Positions 1 through 8,799 of a stretch of 64,000 nucleotides of DNA are shown one piece after another. Under the pieces are notes generated by a model. It was not told the origin of the DNA, searched no databases, and was given only the letters and a program-made list of their open reading frames with translations. A program made the position numbers and the translations under genes. The stretch lies in sequence record MT612989.1; one strand, 5' to 3'. How positions within the stretch are numbered: position 1 is the first letter of the stretch; each line of letters starts with the position of its first letter.

Positions 1-96
1 CGAAGCGAATTAGATTTTCATAAATGGTGTAAGGTTTTAGACTGCCGCGTACCACACAGGAGCCGATGAGACTTTCACCAATTTTTCACTAAAAAG

Positions 97-205
97 TTAT
101 CCACATTATCCACAGACTTATGCACAGCTAAATCATGTTTTTATACACAGATTTCAGACACTTATGCACAATCTCATACACATATTATCCACATATTTAT
201 ACACA
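97..205 (+). repeat. Array of co-oriented DnaA-box (TTWTNCACA) 9-mers
   Basis: TTATCCACA at 97, 106, 185; TTATGCACA at 118, 162; TTATACACA at 141, 197; one-mismatch TCATACACA at 174. Start-to-start spacings 9,12,23,21,12,11,12. Confidence 0.9.
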
Positions 206-584
206 TGTGCATTTAAACGAGGCATGGTGCGATATATTAAAAACAATACTATCTGTACCATGCTCTGAGACGCTGTGAGAGCGATTCTAAGCGTTTTTAG
301 TCATCGTTTGATATATCGCTCAAGCACCAACCGGCTATAGCTGCTAGAGCACATAGAACAAGCATAATGTAGCCGATAGGTATATCGTTTAGTAGATTGA
401 TTAGTGTTTGCATTACGATAGTTTAAAGCTCAATGATAGAATATCAATTAGGTAATACTGAATGATACAGTTAAACGCAGTTGTTATTAGCAGAGCCACG
501 AATGGAACTGTTCGTTTTGATTTATCGGTTACAAACAGATATGTAGTGAGAATCAGAATTAAGATTGATAGTGCGAACATGAGT

Positions 585-800
585 TTATCCTACTGTTAGA
601 TTAAATCGTGCAGCGACATAGCTTGCTCGTTGGTTGTTGTCATTAGTAATACGAATCATAGGTGGTTTGTTTGTATGTTCGTTTACGTTATACATGTGAA
701 CGACATATTCTTTGCCTAGAGTAATGCCGCTTGGTGGTTCTGGTTTATCGATACGAGTTGAAGTATTGTCTATGCATATTGCTTTGATAGTTTGATTCAT
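585..800 (-). CDS. Hypothetical protein (71 aa)
   Basis: ORF track; last gene of a minus-strand operon; ATGA overlap with upstream ORF. Confidence 0.7.
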   Translation of the reverse strand: MNQTIKAICIDNTSTRIDKPEPPSGITLGKEYVVHMYNVNEHTNKPPMIRITNDNNQRASYVAARFNLTVG

Positions 801-961
801 ATTGCGCCTGCCGTTACGTGTAGTAGAACATACGAGACAAAGCCTAGAACAGCAGTGATTACTAGTTTCACGAATCTAGGTTTGTTAATGAAGCTGAAGA
901 TACTCATGCCAGTGAGTATTGCACAGCATAGAAGTGTCATTAGTAGTATTGTCAAGCTCAT
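797..961 (-). CDS. Small membrane protein (54 aa, not in ORF track)
   Basis: Hand translation MSLTILLMTLLCCAILTGMSIFSFINKPRFVKLVITAVLGFVSYVLLHVTAGAI; two hydrophobic segments; 4-nt overlaps with both neighbours. Confidence 0.65.
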   Translation of the reverse strand: MSLTILLMTLLCCAILTGMSIFSFINKPRFVKLVITAVLGFVSYVLLHVTAGAI

Positions 962-1134
962 AGTGTTATTCCGTATTTGTGAATCACAATCATGTTAGCT
1001 AGATTGACTATACAGCAAATGGCATTGAATATCAAGACAAAGTTTCTGTATTCTTTAGACATGATTTGCTCGTGTGAGTCTATCATTAGCACGACGCTGA
1101 ATACTGCGATGATAATAGATAGTCCAATCATAGT
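958..1134 (-). CDS. Small 2-TM membrane protein
   Basis: Probable start MIGLSIIIAVF downstream of the promoter at 1162-1191; two hydrophobic helices. Confidence 0.65.
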   Translation of the reverse strand, partial: TMIGLSIIIAVFSVVLMIDSHEQIMSKEYRNFVLIFNAICCIVNLANMIVIHKYGITL

Positions 1135-1161
1135 GTTTTCCTTTCTTGATTTGATATGTGT

Positions 1162-1198
1162 ATGATACGCGAAAGGGCTGACATCTGTCAACCCTTTT
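1162..1198 (-). promoter_or_regulatory. Early sigma70-type promoter with -35 inside a terminator-like stem-loop
   Basis: Minus strand TTGACA-N18-TATCAT; hairpin GGGTTGAC-AGAT-GTCAGCCC-TTT. Confidence 0.8.
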
Positions 1199-1200
1199 CT

Positions 1201-1560
1201 TTAGTATAATTCATATGATCTGAGATTATTCATATCGAAGATATAGAAGTCTCTATTGCCACTTCCGTCATCGGCAGTAGTCAACATGTATTTGTTATCA
1301 GTTGATAGCCACACGCTTGTGCCGTAAACTTCTACTGCATAGCAATCGCCTTCTTCTAATGCATTAGCGTCTTCAAAGCCGTATTGGAACTCACGTATTT
1401 GATTAATGACGGTATGCATATCTTTCACGTCGTCAGTTACTAGATCGCATGTGAATAGCACATCGGTGCAGTCTACGAGTCCGTGCCATAGATGGTCGAG
1501 ACCAAACTTCGCTGCGATGGCTTCTTCAGTTTCTTTCATTGTTTTAAGTAGTTCTTTCAT
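1201..1560 (-). CDS. Hypothetical acidic protein
   Basis: ORF track, 119 aa, operon context. Confidence 0.75.
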   Translation of the reverse strand: MKELLKTMKETEEAIAAKFGLDHLWHGLVDCTDVLFTCDLVTDDVKDMHTVINQIREFQYGFEDANALEEGDCYAVEVYGTSVWLSTDNKYMLTTADDGSGNRDFYIFDMNNLRSYELY

Positions 1561-1562
1561 GA

Positions 1563-1733
1563 TTAAGCTCTCTTGACGTGAATTTCGCAGCGGCTAACTG
1601 TCTTTTGTACAGTATGGAATCGTGCTTTGATTGATTGTAGGTAATCGATGACTAATGCTTTATCGCGTGCTGAGTCTACTGTAATTACGTTTTCGTTTAC
1701 TTTGATGTGTTGTAAGTATTCTGGTAATTTCAT
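1563..1733 (-). CDS. Hypothetical protein (56 aa, not in ORF track)
   Basis: Hand translation MKLPEYLQHIKVNENVITVDSARDKALVIDYLQSIKARFH...; fills the gap between neighbours exactly. Confidence 0.6.
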   Translation of the reverse strand: MKLPEYLQHIKVNENVITVDSARDKALVIDYLQSIKARFHTVQKTVSRCEIHVKRA

Positions 1734-1735
1734 TG

Positions 1736-1948
1736 TCAAGCCTTATAGTAGTTTTCTACTAGTTGCAGAGTGATTTTACATTCTATGTATTCAGTGCCGT
1801 TTTGAGTTTCTTCAGCGATAGTGACATAGAATATTTGTTTGTCTTCATCGTACTCGATGTCATCAATGAATTCATATGATTTGAGTTGGCATAACTCAGT
1901 GACTATGTTCATGATGCGACGATGTTCGATGATAATGTCATGTATCAT
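1736..1948 (-). CDS. Hypothetical acidic protein
   Basis: ORF track; ATGA overlap. Confidence 0.7.
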   Translation of the reverse strand: MIHDIIIEHRRIMNIVTELCQLKSYEFIDDIEYDEDKQIFYVTIAEETQNGTEYIECKITLQLVENYYKA

Positions 1949-2160
1949 TTGTTATTATGCATCCATTTTTCGAGCGCGACTGTAGTTACAATGACTTCTT
2001 GTACTGTTTCACCATCGAAGTATTGCACTTCCCATAGTTGTTCGTCATCGAAGTAATCTGCATATTCGATATGACCTTTGCCGTTGAACTCATCGTCAAG
2101 CATGGCAATAAGTGCATCTTGAATTTCAGCGTGTTGTGACATTACATTTGATACGTTCAT
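1945..2160 (-). CDS. Hypothetical acidic protein
   Basis: ORF track; overlaps with neighbours. Confidence 0.7.
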   Translation of the reverse strand: MNVSNVMSQHAEIQDALIAMLDDEFNGKGHIEYADYFDDEQLWEVQYFDGETVQEVIVTTVALEKWMHNNK

Positions 2161-2342
2161 AGTTTCTTTTCCAATGGTTGTAGTTCAATTACGCGAAAGC
2201 CTTGCTTATCGAAATCATATTTGTACAGCACACGATTTGCATCTTCGATTTCAGAAAAGATTGCCATGACTTTTATCTCATTGTCAATGTCTAGCACAAG
2301 TAGATATCTGCCTTCTCGGTCTATAATGCCGTAATTTCTCAT
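2157..2342 (-). CDS. Hypothetical protein
   Basis: ORF track 2157..2354; probable start MRNY at 2342 (ATGA coupling). Confidence 0.65.
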   Translation of the reverse strand: MRNYGIIDREGRYLLVLDIDNEIKVMAIFSEIEDANRVLYKYDFDKQGFRVIELQPLEKKL

Positions 2343-2965
2343 TTGCGTCTCCATTCATCACGAACAGTATTGGTTAGTTGTAGATAGAAAGTATCAAGAC
2401 CTTCGAATGTTTTAGCATACGTTGGTGAGTCATCGATCATGATATTGATTTGATTCTCACGGCAGTATTCAGCTTTCTTGTTGTTCCAGATTTCGTCATC
2501 GACCCATGGGCGACCTTTCTCGTCGTACAAGATTTCAACGCCGTCGTCTTCACATGATTGATGAATGCTAAACCAGTGATCATACTCGAAGTCATCTGGT
2601 ACATCAGTATCGAGTTCTTCTTTAATGCCAGTGATGATATGCACTTCAACTGGTAGTTTGCTTAACAGCGCGAAGAACTCTGGTGATTGATCAATTACGC
2701 CATGAATATCGATGCCGACTTTGATAACGCCAGTTTCGATAGCGTTCATGCCACGAGTATCAGACAACTCAACAATCTTATTTGTGATTCGCTCATCGAG
2801 GTCTTGAACTTCAACCATGATGGTAGTGATGTAGGCATCATTGCCGCCATCTAGTGCATAGTCTTGACAGCGCATGAGATACTTTCTAGCGTTGCGCAAT
2901 TGTTCAATCGTCGTGCATGATTCAACGACTTTTTGCATTTTTCTTACTAAATCGTATGGGTTCAT
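2339..2965 (-). CDS. HAD-superfamily (5'-nucleotidase-like) protein
   Basis: VGIDIHGVID motif I variant, HIITG motif II, IMIDDSP motif IV. Confidence 0.6.
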   Translation of the reverse strand: MNPYDLVRKMQKVVESCTTIEQLRNARKYLMRCQDYALDGGNDAYITTIMVEVQDLDERITNKIVELSDTRGMNAIETGVIKVGIDIHGVIDQSPEFFALLSKLPVEVHIITGIKEELDTDVPDDFEYDHWFSIHQSCEDDGVEILYDEKGRPWVDDEIWNNKKAEYCRENQINIMIDDSPTYAKTFEGLDTFYLQLTNTVRDEWRRK

Positions 2966-2966
2966 G

Positions 2967-3317
2967 TTAGCCTCTAAGTTTCTCGTTTAGCTTTTTGATT
3001 GTATGATCAACGTCATTGATTTGATGAGTAATGGTTGTCATTTGCTCGACCAATGCTTGTCGAAACATATTCAACGACTCGATGTTTGTTTGGTATTGTT
3101 TCTGCCAATGTTCGATGAGTTCAGGGATTTCTTCTTCAGATACATCAATTTCATTGTACAGATGTTTGAAATTTAAAATCAATGCGTGGCACAATGGTGC
3201 ACGGCTCGGATCTCTAGCCATGACGAACTGTTCTGAATCGAATGGGCTTTGCACAAACACATCGTGTTTTTCAATTGCTAGATCTTCTATTGATGTGTTG
3301 ATTCGGTATGCTTTCAT
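2967..3317 (-). CDS. Hypothetical protein with C-terminal coiled coil
   Basis: ORF track, 116 aa. Confidence 0.7.
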   Translation of the reverse strand: MKAYRINTSIEDLAIEKHDVFVQSPFDSEQFVMARDPSRAPLCHALILNFKHLYNEIDVSEEEIPELIEHWQKQYQTNIESLNMFRQALVEQMTTITHQINDVDHTIKKLNEKLRG

Positions 3318-3589
3318 ACGAAGTTCTCTAGTGAATTGCCGTTTGGTAGTCGTTGATATAGCTTACGACCAGTTTCAGTTTGACCGATTGCTTTCCAATT
3401 ACTAGACTCATCAAGCGCACGAGCGATTTCACGACGTAATGTGCTGTTCTTCATTGTGCCGTCATTGCGTTGATTACACGCACGAGCAGCAGGGAACTTT
3501 TCAAGCATATCGTCCATTAAATCGTATGCAGTTGCGTAACGACTTGTATTGTTTTTAACTTCATTTCGAATGAGTAGTTTAATATTCAT
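3314..3589 (-). CDS. Hypothetical protein
   Basis: ORF track; GAGGA RBS upstream. Confidence 0.7.
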   Translation of the reverse strand: MNIKLLIRNEVKNNTSRYATAYDLMDDMLEKFPAARACNQRNDGTMKNSTLRREIARALDESSNWKAIGQTETGRKLYQRLPNGNSLENFV

Positions 3590-3604
3590 GTTAATTTCCT
3601 CAAA

Positions 3605-3620
3605 GGGGCATTACTGCCCC
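3605..3620 (-). terminator. Hairpin downstream of natV
   Basis: GGGGCA-GTAA-TGCCCC followed by TTT on the minus strand. Confidence 0.5.
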
Positions 3621-3625
3621 GTTAG

Positions 3626-4651
3626 TTAGATGCCAGTGAAGTACTGAATGATTTGATAATGATCGTCATACAAACGTTCTTGCATTTCCATTACTTCGCT
3701 CAACGAATACCATTTTGCAGACACAGCATCATCGGCTGGTTTCACTTTCGGGAAAGTGTTGTCAGGGTTTGGCTGCACTTTGAAGTGATATGCCATTGTG
3801 ATACGAGTGTGTGGGTAAGAGCGATTGGGGTTATCGAACATCTTCTCACCTTTGAGAGAGCCACGCAAGACTTTCTCTGGGATTTTGATGTTAGTTTCTT
3901 CTTGCAGTTCACGAATCGCAGCAGTCAAGAATGTTTCTTTCTCATGCTTATGACCGCCAGGTAATGCTAAACAGCCTTTGCCTGGGTTGAACTTACGCTC
4001 AACAAGAAGAACATGACCTGCACACATCACAACGCTGTCAGCACACGCGATATTCAAGTGACCTTGGTAGGGATAGTCTTTAAACTTCTCGATTTCGCGC
4101 ACTGAGCTATCGTATTCAGCTTTCATTTCAGTGAAATGCTCTGTTTTGCTCCAATCGTCAAGAAACATCATTGTTTGCTTGGGAATCAGACCAGACATAA
4201 CAGGGTGGTTCAGTAGAATCTCGCTGAAGTACAGTTCTCTGAAGTCAGTTGCAGAGATAACTCTGTTATACATCTTCACTGGTTCAGGTTGAAATAGTTT
4301 TAGCTCAGGGAATAGCTTGAGATAGTAGCTGCTTTCGTCTTTGTCGTAACCAACGATGTGAGTGGCACCTTTTGTATGAGAACGAACATTTGACTGCCAA
4401 ACGTCGTCTTTCGCGTAATCACCTAGTGGTACAAAGCGAACTTTGCTTCGAATATCGTCAGGTAGAGCAATACCCATCATATCACGTACTTCTTCGAACG
4501 TGAAGGGGTTTTTAACTGAGCGATGTCGATTAGAGCTACCGATTAAGATAGTCATCTTGTCTAGATTAAGCGATTCGAACGCTTGGGTGATTGCAGATAG
4601 ATGACCGTTGTGGAATGGACGAAAGCGTCCGATAAAGATTGCGTGTGACAT
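3626..4651 (-). CDS. natV: Bifunctional NMN adenylyltransferase / Nudix hydrolase (NadM-NudF type, NatV)
   Basis: GRFRPFHNGH (HxGH) motif, SAT motif, Nudix box GGHKHEKETFLTAAIRELQEET; 341 aa. Confidence 0.93.
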   Translation of the reverse strand: MSHAIFIGRFRPFHNGHLSAITQAFESLNLDKMTILIGSSNRHRSVKNPFTFEEVRDMMGIALPDDIRSKVRFVPLGDYAKDDVWQSNVRSHTKGATHIVGYDKDESSYYLKLFPELKLFQPEPVKMYNRVISATDFRELYFSEILLNHPVMSGLIPKQTMMFLDDWSKTEHFTEMKAEYDSSVREIEKFKDYPYQGHLNIACADSVVMCAGHVLLVERKFNPGKGCLALPGGHKHEKETFLTAAIRELQEETNIKIPEKVLRGSLKGEKMFDNPNRSYPHTRITMAYHFKVQPNPDNTFPKVKPADDAVSAKWYSLSEVMEMQERLYDDHYQIIQYFTGI

Positions 4652-4720
4652 ATTGGGCTCCCCATTTTGTCATTGATTGAGATTAGATTATTACATCTAT
4701 TATTGTTTGTGTCAAATACT

Positions 4721-5236
4721 TTAAAACTCTTGACCTGCATCAGAACAAATTGCGTTATTAAGTATTGCAGCAGCTTTTGCGACTACTCGATCCGTCATAC
4801 CGATCTCTGGGTCGCAGTTTACATAGTTATGACGTTGCCATAACAACATATCAGTGTCATCATCTAAGATGACATAGCTTCGAAAGTCGTATCGCTTACC
4901 AAGCAACTCTTCATTGTCTTGAATCCATTTAAGAATCTCATTACCACGAAAAGCCCATGAGTATTGATGGTCGAGCATATCTGTCTTGCCGATACATTCA
5001 CCATTAACACCCATATCATTAAGCACTGTATTGATCTCATCGATACTAAGACCACAACGCCACACACTTGTAAGCACAATGCGTGCGTCAGTTCTTTTAA
5101 TGAGATCATTTAAACGGTCGACGCATCGAGGCGAATAAATCCCTTGATACTCGCCATTCAATAGCACGTCCATGTGCTCATCGACTTCTAAAGCGTTGTT
5201 TAGAACGCCGTCTATGTCCAAGAATATAACTTTCAT
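4721..5236 (-). CDS. HAD phosphatase, Swiss-Army-Knife RNA-repair-like family
   Basis: MKVIFLDIDGVLN, IVLTSVWR, YVILDDD motifs; start reassigned to 5236. Confidence 0.75.
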   Translation of the reverse strand: MKVIFLDIDGVLNNALEVDEHMDVLLNGEYQGIYSPRCVDRLNDLIKRTDARIVLTSVWRCGLSIDEINTVLNDMGVNGECIGKTDMLDHQYSWAFRGNEILKWIQDNEELLGKRYDFRSYVILDDDTDMLLWQRHNYVNCDPEIGMTDRVVAKAAAILNNAICSDAGQEF

Positions 5237-5240
5237 TTTG

Positions 5241-5702
5241 TTACCACTTGCATAATTCACCGAGTGCGTCATATGCATCATTCATGCCGTGTAGACTAAA
5301 ATGATACGAGTATGACACACCGTGCCCGTTGTTTACAACATATTCGAGCATATTTCCTGTTTTGAGCGTATCGATAACATCATCACTATTACCAAGATAA
5401 GTCGTGACAGATGATTGTTGTTGTAACTGATTACTCTCGACTCGCACGTATGGGTTCCCATCTAGTGAATACCAGATTTCGTCCGGTTTTGCAGCGGTCA
5501 GGTATGCTCTCGTTTCATACAACGTGATTGCTTTATCACAGTCAATTGTGAGCACAGCAAGACGATTGACTGAGTTCGTGCTTGCAGTGTGTATTGGCTC
5601 ATGTGTGCGAACATCAACACGATGAACAGTCATCCAATCATCGTGTACGTGTGCGTTCGCAATCAATGGCATTATTGCCAAGCTTAACAATGCGAACTTC
5701 AT
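5241..5702 (-). CDS. Secreted/periplasmic hypothetical protein
   Basis: Signal peptide MKFALLSLAIMPLIANA. Confidence 0.7.
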   Translation of the reverse strand: MKFALLSLAIMPLIANAHVHDDWMTVHRVDVRTHEPIHTASTNSVNRLAVLTIDCDKAITLYETRAYLTAAKPDEIWYSLDGNPYVRVESNQLQQQSSVTTYLGNSDDVIDTLKTGNMLEYVVNNGHGVSYSYHFSLHGMNDAYDALGELCKW

Positions 5703-5753
5703 ATTGTGCTTCCTTGTGCTTGTTGCACACGTGCAAATATGGCGCTGTTAGTT

Positions 5754-6506
5754 TTACACTGTATGCATACCACTGCGTCGCAATGAAGACAGTTCATGGG
5801 AGCGCAGTGAGCCACTTTTCTTGAGCTTTGTCTCTTTAGGCTGAACGATTTTCTTTGCTTCTTCAGTGATGATTTCGACTAATTCAATATCGGTATAATG
5901 AGTATCGAGTAGTCGACCTTCTTTACTCACTGGTTGAATACCAACCGAGATTGTCCCGTTTGCTTGATTGAAAATGGCAGTGACTAAGCCAGTTGCCATG
6001 CATCGAGCTTTTTGCAGCAATTCCACTTTAAGCTCATCACGCTCACGCTTTTGACGATTGTTGATGATCTTATCGTGAATCGAGTGACCTGTTTGCTTAC
6101 AGCTAATGACCCGCGCAGATGCATAAATATTCGTTTCATGCTCTGCGTATGGCTTGATCAAAAGCACGTTAGGTGCTGCGTTCACTGAGTATTGAATTTC
6201 AGTTACGATACCTTTCGCTTCTGAAACTGTGTCTTCAACTTCATCACCAAGACGAATTGGCATTGTAGTATTTGTCTCTGCGAAGATAGCTTCATACTCT
6301 TCAACTCGATTAGAATTGACGATTTCGACTAATTTCGAGCTAAAAACATGAGTTTTCACTTCATTTTTAGCGTCTTTTGCTCGAACTTCAAGCAATTCAC
6401 ACCCTGCGATGCACTGTGTGATACCGATTACCGTACCTTCGATGCCAGTTGTGATTGATTTAACAAGCATGCCGAAGCGATGCCCAGATGTAGTTGCAAT
6501 ACTCAT
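5754..6506 (-). CDS. Hypothetical protein with three tandem SH3/KOW-like repeats
   Basis: Three related segments of the form G-x-x-V-x-D/S-x-x-T/S-x-x-x-G-x-V. Confidence 0.7.
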   Translation of the reverse strand: MSIATTSGHRFGMLVKSITTGIEGTVIGITQCIAGCELLEVRAKDAKNEVKTHVFSSKLVEIVNSNRVEEYEAIFAETNTTMPIRLGDEVEDTVSEAKGIVTEIQYSVNAAPNVLLIKPYAEHETNIYASARVISCKQTGHSIHDKIINNRQKRERDELKVELLQKARCMATGLVTAIFNQANGTISVGIQPVSKEGRLLDTHYTDIELVEIITEEAKKIVQPKETKLKKSGSLRSHELSSLRRSGMHTV

Positions 6507-6570
6507 AATATATCACTCTTATTTATTGGAATTTAACACATTATTCACATGATTTCATATGAATTTGCTA

Positions 6571-6750
6571 TTAATCTCGCTTTTGTTTCAAATTGTAGAT
6601 TGTTTTACCGTCTACGTTTGCTAATGCTTCTGCATATGCAGTACGAGCCACAGACTTACAATCGTTGAACATTCTACCAGACGGCGTGCATAACCATGCA
6701 CGCGCTCTGTCTAAGTATTCTTGAACTTCTTCAGCAGTTGCTAAGATCAT
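6571..6750 (-). CDS. Hypothetical protein (59 aa, not in ORF track)
   Basis: Hand translation MILATAEEVQEYLDRARAWLCTPSGRMFNDCKSVARTAYAEAL...; ATGA overlap. Confidence 0.6.
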   Translation of the reverse strand: MILATAEEVQEYLDRARAWLCTPSGRMFNDCKSVARTAYAEALANVDGKTIYNLKQKRD

Positions 6751-7070
6751 AGAGCCAATTCCTCTAGTTCTTCAGCAGAACCTGCGCCAACGTCCATGAC
6801 TTTCTCTAATGCAATCCAACGAGTGCCATTGTAGTATTGACAGTTATTGTTCCACATGTTGTGACGCCACAAATCCCATGGTACAGATTGATCGATTACA
6901 GCAGTCCATGTACACGATGCAATTGCAGGTACACGAGTATAACTGACATAACCAAGTGCTAATACAGCTACAAGAACAGCAGCAGTGATACGAGGGTGTG
7001 ATTTAGCTTCTTGAGCGAGAATCACAGTGTTGTCAAGCCAGTTAGGCATTTTCGGCATTTTGAATTTCAT
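6747..7070 (-). CDS. Single-TM membrane protein
   Basis: TM ITAAVLVAVLALGYVSY; Cys-containing C-terminal domain. Confidence 0.7.
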   Translation of the reverse strand: MKFKMPKMPNWLDNTVILAQEAKSHPRITAAVLVAVLALGYVSYTRVPAIASCTWTAVIDQSVPWDLWRHNMWNNNCQYYNGTRWIALEKVMDVGAGSAEELEELAL

Positions 7071-7106
7071 GATTTTGTTCTCTTGTTTCGTTAGGCGTTG
7101 AGTGAC

Positions 7107-7135
7107 ATATTACTGCCACTCACACGTTTTGTCAA
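7107..7135 (-). promoter_or_regulatory. Early sigma70-type promoter
   Basis: TTGACA-N17-TAATAT. Confidence 0.8.
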
Positions 7136-7148
7136 CTACTTTTTGAAA

Positions 7149-8414
7149 TTAATTGTACAATGCCCAATCTGTTGGTCGAGTTAGTGCAACATAAGCAAGT
7201 TGCTGAACAATCTCTGGCTCGGCGTATCCCATGTCTTGAGTGTAGATACACACACCTTTAACAGTCGTACCTTGTGACTTGTGAGTTGTTGATGCACCAA
7301 GAGACTTAGTTTCAATCATCTGCTCTTTCAAGCCCCAGAAAGCACGCCAGTAGCGTTTAGTATTACCACGCATCGACTTGTAAGTACCAGCAGCAACCAT
7401 CAAGTAACGCGCAAAGCGTTCTTTCTGTAGGTCATCCCACAGAACAGTGAACTCATACACATTACCATCGTCTTTCTCAACAGTTAGCACAGCAACATCA
7501 AACGATTCGTTGTCTACTTTTGGTAACATACCATCGATTGTTTTCTGACGAACATCAAGAATCTTAACGATTTCACCATTGTCAATGACACAAACAGGGT
7601 ACTTCCCGTTTGACTGCATAACTGGCATTTGTGTTACAAGATACTCATTCGGGATAAATGGTTCGCTCGTGTTGTAAATGTGCTCACGAATAATACCATT
7701 GAACGTATCAACACAATCGTTTGTGTAAGCAAGAATACGATAGTCAAGCAAGTCTTCAGGGGTGTTGATTTTACTCAAGTAAGTGTCTAGCATTTTATTC
7801 ACGTTCGGAACGTGCAAAACGCCTTGACGCAGCTCTTTTGACCAGTTAGTGCGTAGCCATTCACCTTGACGTACTTCAGTTGCGACTTGAATCAACGGGT
7901 TGTCTTTTGCTTGTCGTACAACTTCAGTCATTTCATAAGTGTTGAACTTAGTGAACATCGGTGAGATAATACCAGGCTCATGTTTCACTGGTTGAAGCTG
8001 ATACTTATCACCAACACCTAGAATGCGACACTTGCGTGGCATTGTTTTACCCATGATGTCGTATAGCTCATTGTCGATCATACTTGCTTCTTCGACCACA
8101 AGCACATCAATTTCGTCTAGACCTTCAACATCACCAGCTTGCTTGAAGTGCTTCTGATCTTCATACGTGTCTGGGTGAATTTTCAGTAGACTGTGAATCG
8201 TTGATACATCACGACCTGTCATTTTGTGTAGCACGTTCTTTGCTTGGTGAGTTGGTGCTACCATTGCTACGTTCTTGCCTTTTGCGTCAAGTGCCGCGAG
8301 TATAGACTTCATTAAGAATGTCTTACCAGAACCCGCGGGACCAGAAATAGTCATATGCCCATCAGAGTCGAGAAACGCATTCATTGCACCTTGTTGGCAA
8401 TTAGTTAAACCCAC
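7149..8414 (-). CDS. dda: Dda DNA helicase (SF1B)
   Basis: Walker A GPAGSGKT, VEEASMI, GDKYQLQP, HKSQGTT, YVALTRP. Probable GTG start at 8414 behind GAGGA. Confidence 0.93.
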   Translation of the reverse strand: MGLTNCQQGAMNAFLDSDGHMTISGPAGSGKTFLMKSILAALDAKGKNVAMVAPTHQAKNVLHKMTGRDVSTIHSLLKIHPDTYEDQKHFKQAGDVEGLDEIDVLVVEEASMIDNELYDIMGKTMPRKCRILGVGDKYQLQPVKHEPGIISPMFTKFNTYEMTEVVRQAKDNPLIQVATEVRQGEWLRTNWSKELRQGVLHVPNVNKMLDTYLSKINTPEDLLDYRILAYTNDCVDTFNGIIREHIYNTSEPFIPNEYLVTQMPVMQSNGKYPVCVIDNGEIVKILDVRQKTIDGMLPKVDNESFDVAVLTVEKDDGNVYEFTVLWDDLQKERFARYLMVAAGTYKSMRGNTKRYWRAFWGLKEQMIETKSLGASTTHKSQGTTVKGVCIYTQDMGYAEPEIVQQLAYVALTRPTDWALYN

Positions 8415-8424
8415 TATCTTTTCC

Positions 8425-8799
8425 TCATCTATATTTCCAATTGATCGTATGCACTTTGATTGAACGCTCTCGACAAATGTCAATCATGTTCTGAGTGCCG
8501 CGACCGCCTTTGAATGCCAAACATATGTCTGGCTTGAGATCAGCCATGTCGGAGTTGCGTTTAAAACCCGCAGAATCGCCATATTTGTCCCACTCAGCTT
8601 CGCACGTGATTAAATCAACATCGATGTGCGCTTGATTCGCCCAATCTTGCGCAAGTCGATCAGCACCAAGTGCGCCGCCTTCTATAATAGTCATTCGCCC
8701 TATATAGAAGCTATTGTATAGCTTATCTAACGCAGCATAAACAAGTTTTCTATCTCTGAACTTACGACCACCACAGACGAGTACTCTCGGTGACATCAT
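8425..8799 (-). CDS. SLOG-fold YspA/DUF2493-like protein
   Basis: VLVCGGRKF, IIEGGALGADRLA, GFKRNSDM, GTQNMI motifs. Confidence 0.8.
   Translation of the reverse strand: MMSPRVLVCGGRKFRDRKLVYAALDKLYNSFYIGRMTIIEGGALGADRLAQDWANQAHIDVDLITCEAEWDKYGDSAGFKRNSDMADLKPDICLAFKGGRGTQNMIDICRERSIKVHTINWKYR

Noticed and set aside
97-205. Possible CRISPR array or coding repeat
   Set aside because: Units are 9 bp with 0-14 bp gaps, far too short for CRISPR repeats and spacers; no cas genes and no ORF.
390-402. IHF-site-like TAGTAGATTGATT and TAG trios near the DnaA array
   Set aside because: One mismatch to a degenerate AT-rich consensus and about 185 bp from the boxes; not distinguishable from chance.
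7149-8483. ORF-track N-terminal extensions (dda, queC, 4721, 9294, 21516, 40000, 60605 and others)
   Set aside because: Extensions overlap upstream genes or promoters; internal starts with RBS give the expected protein N-termini and were used instead.
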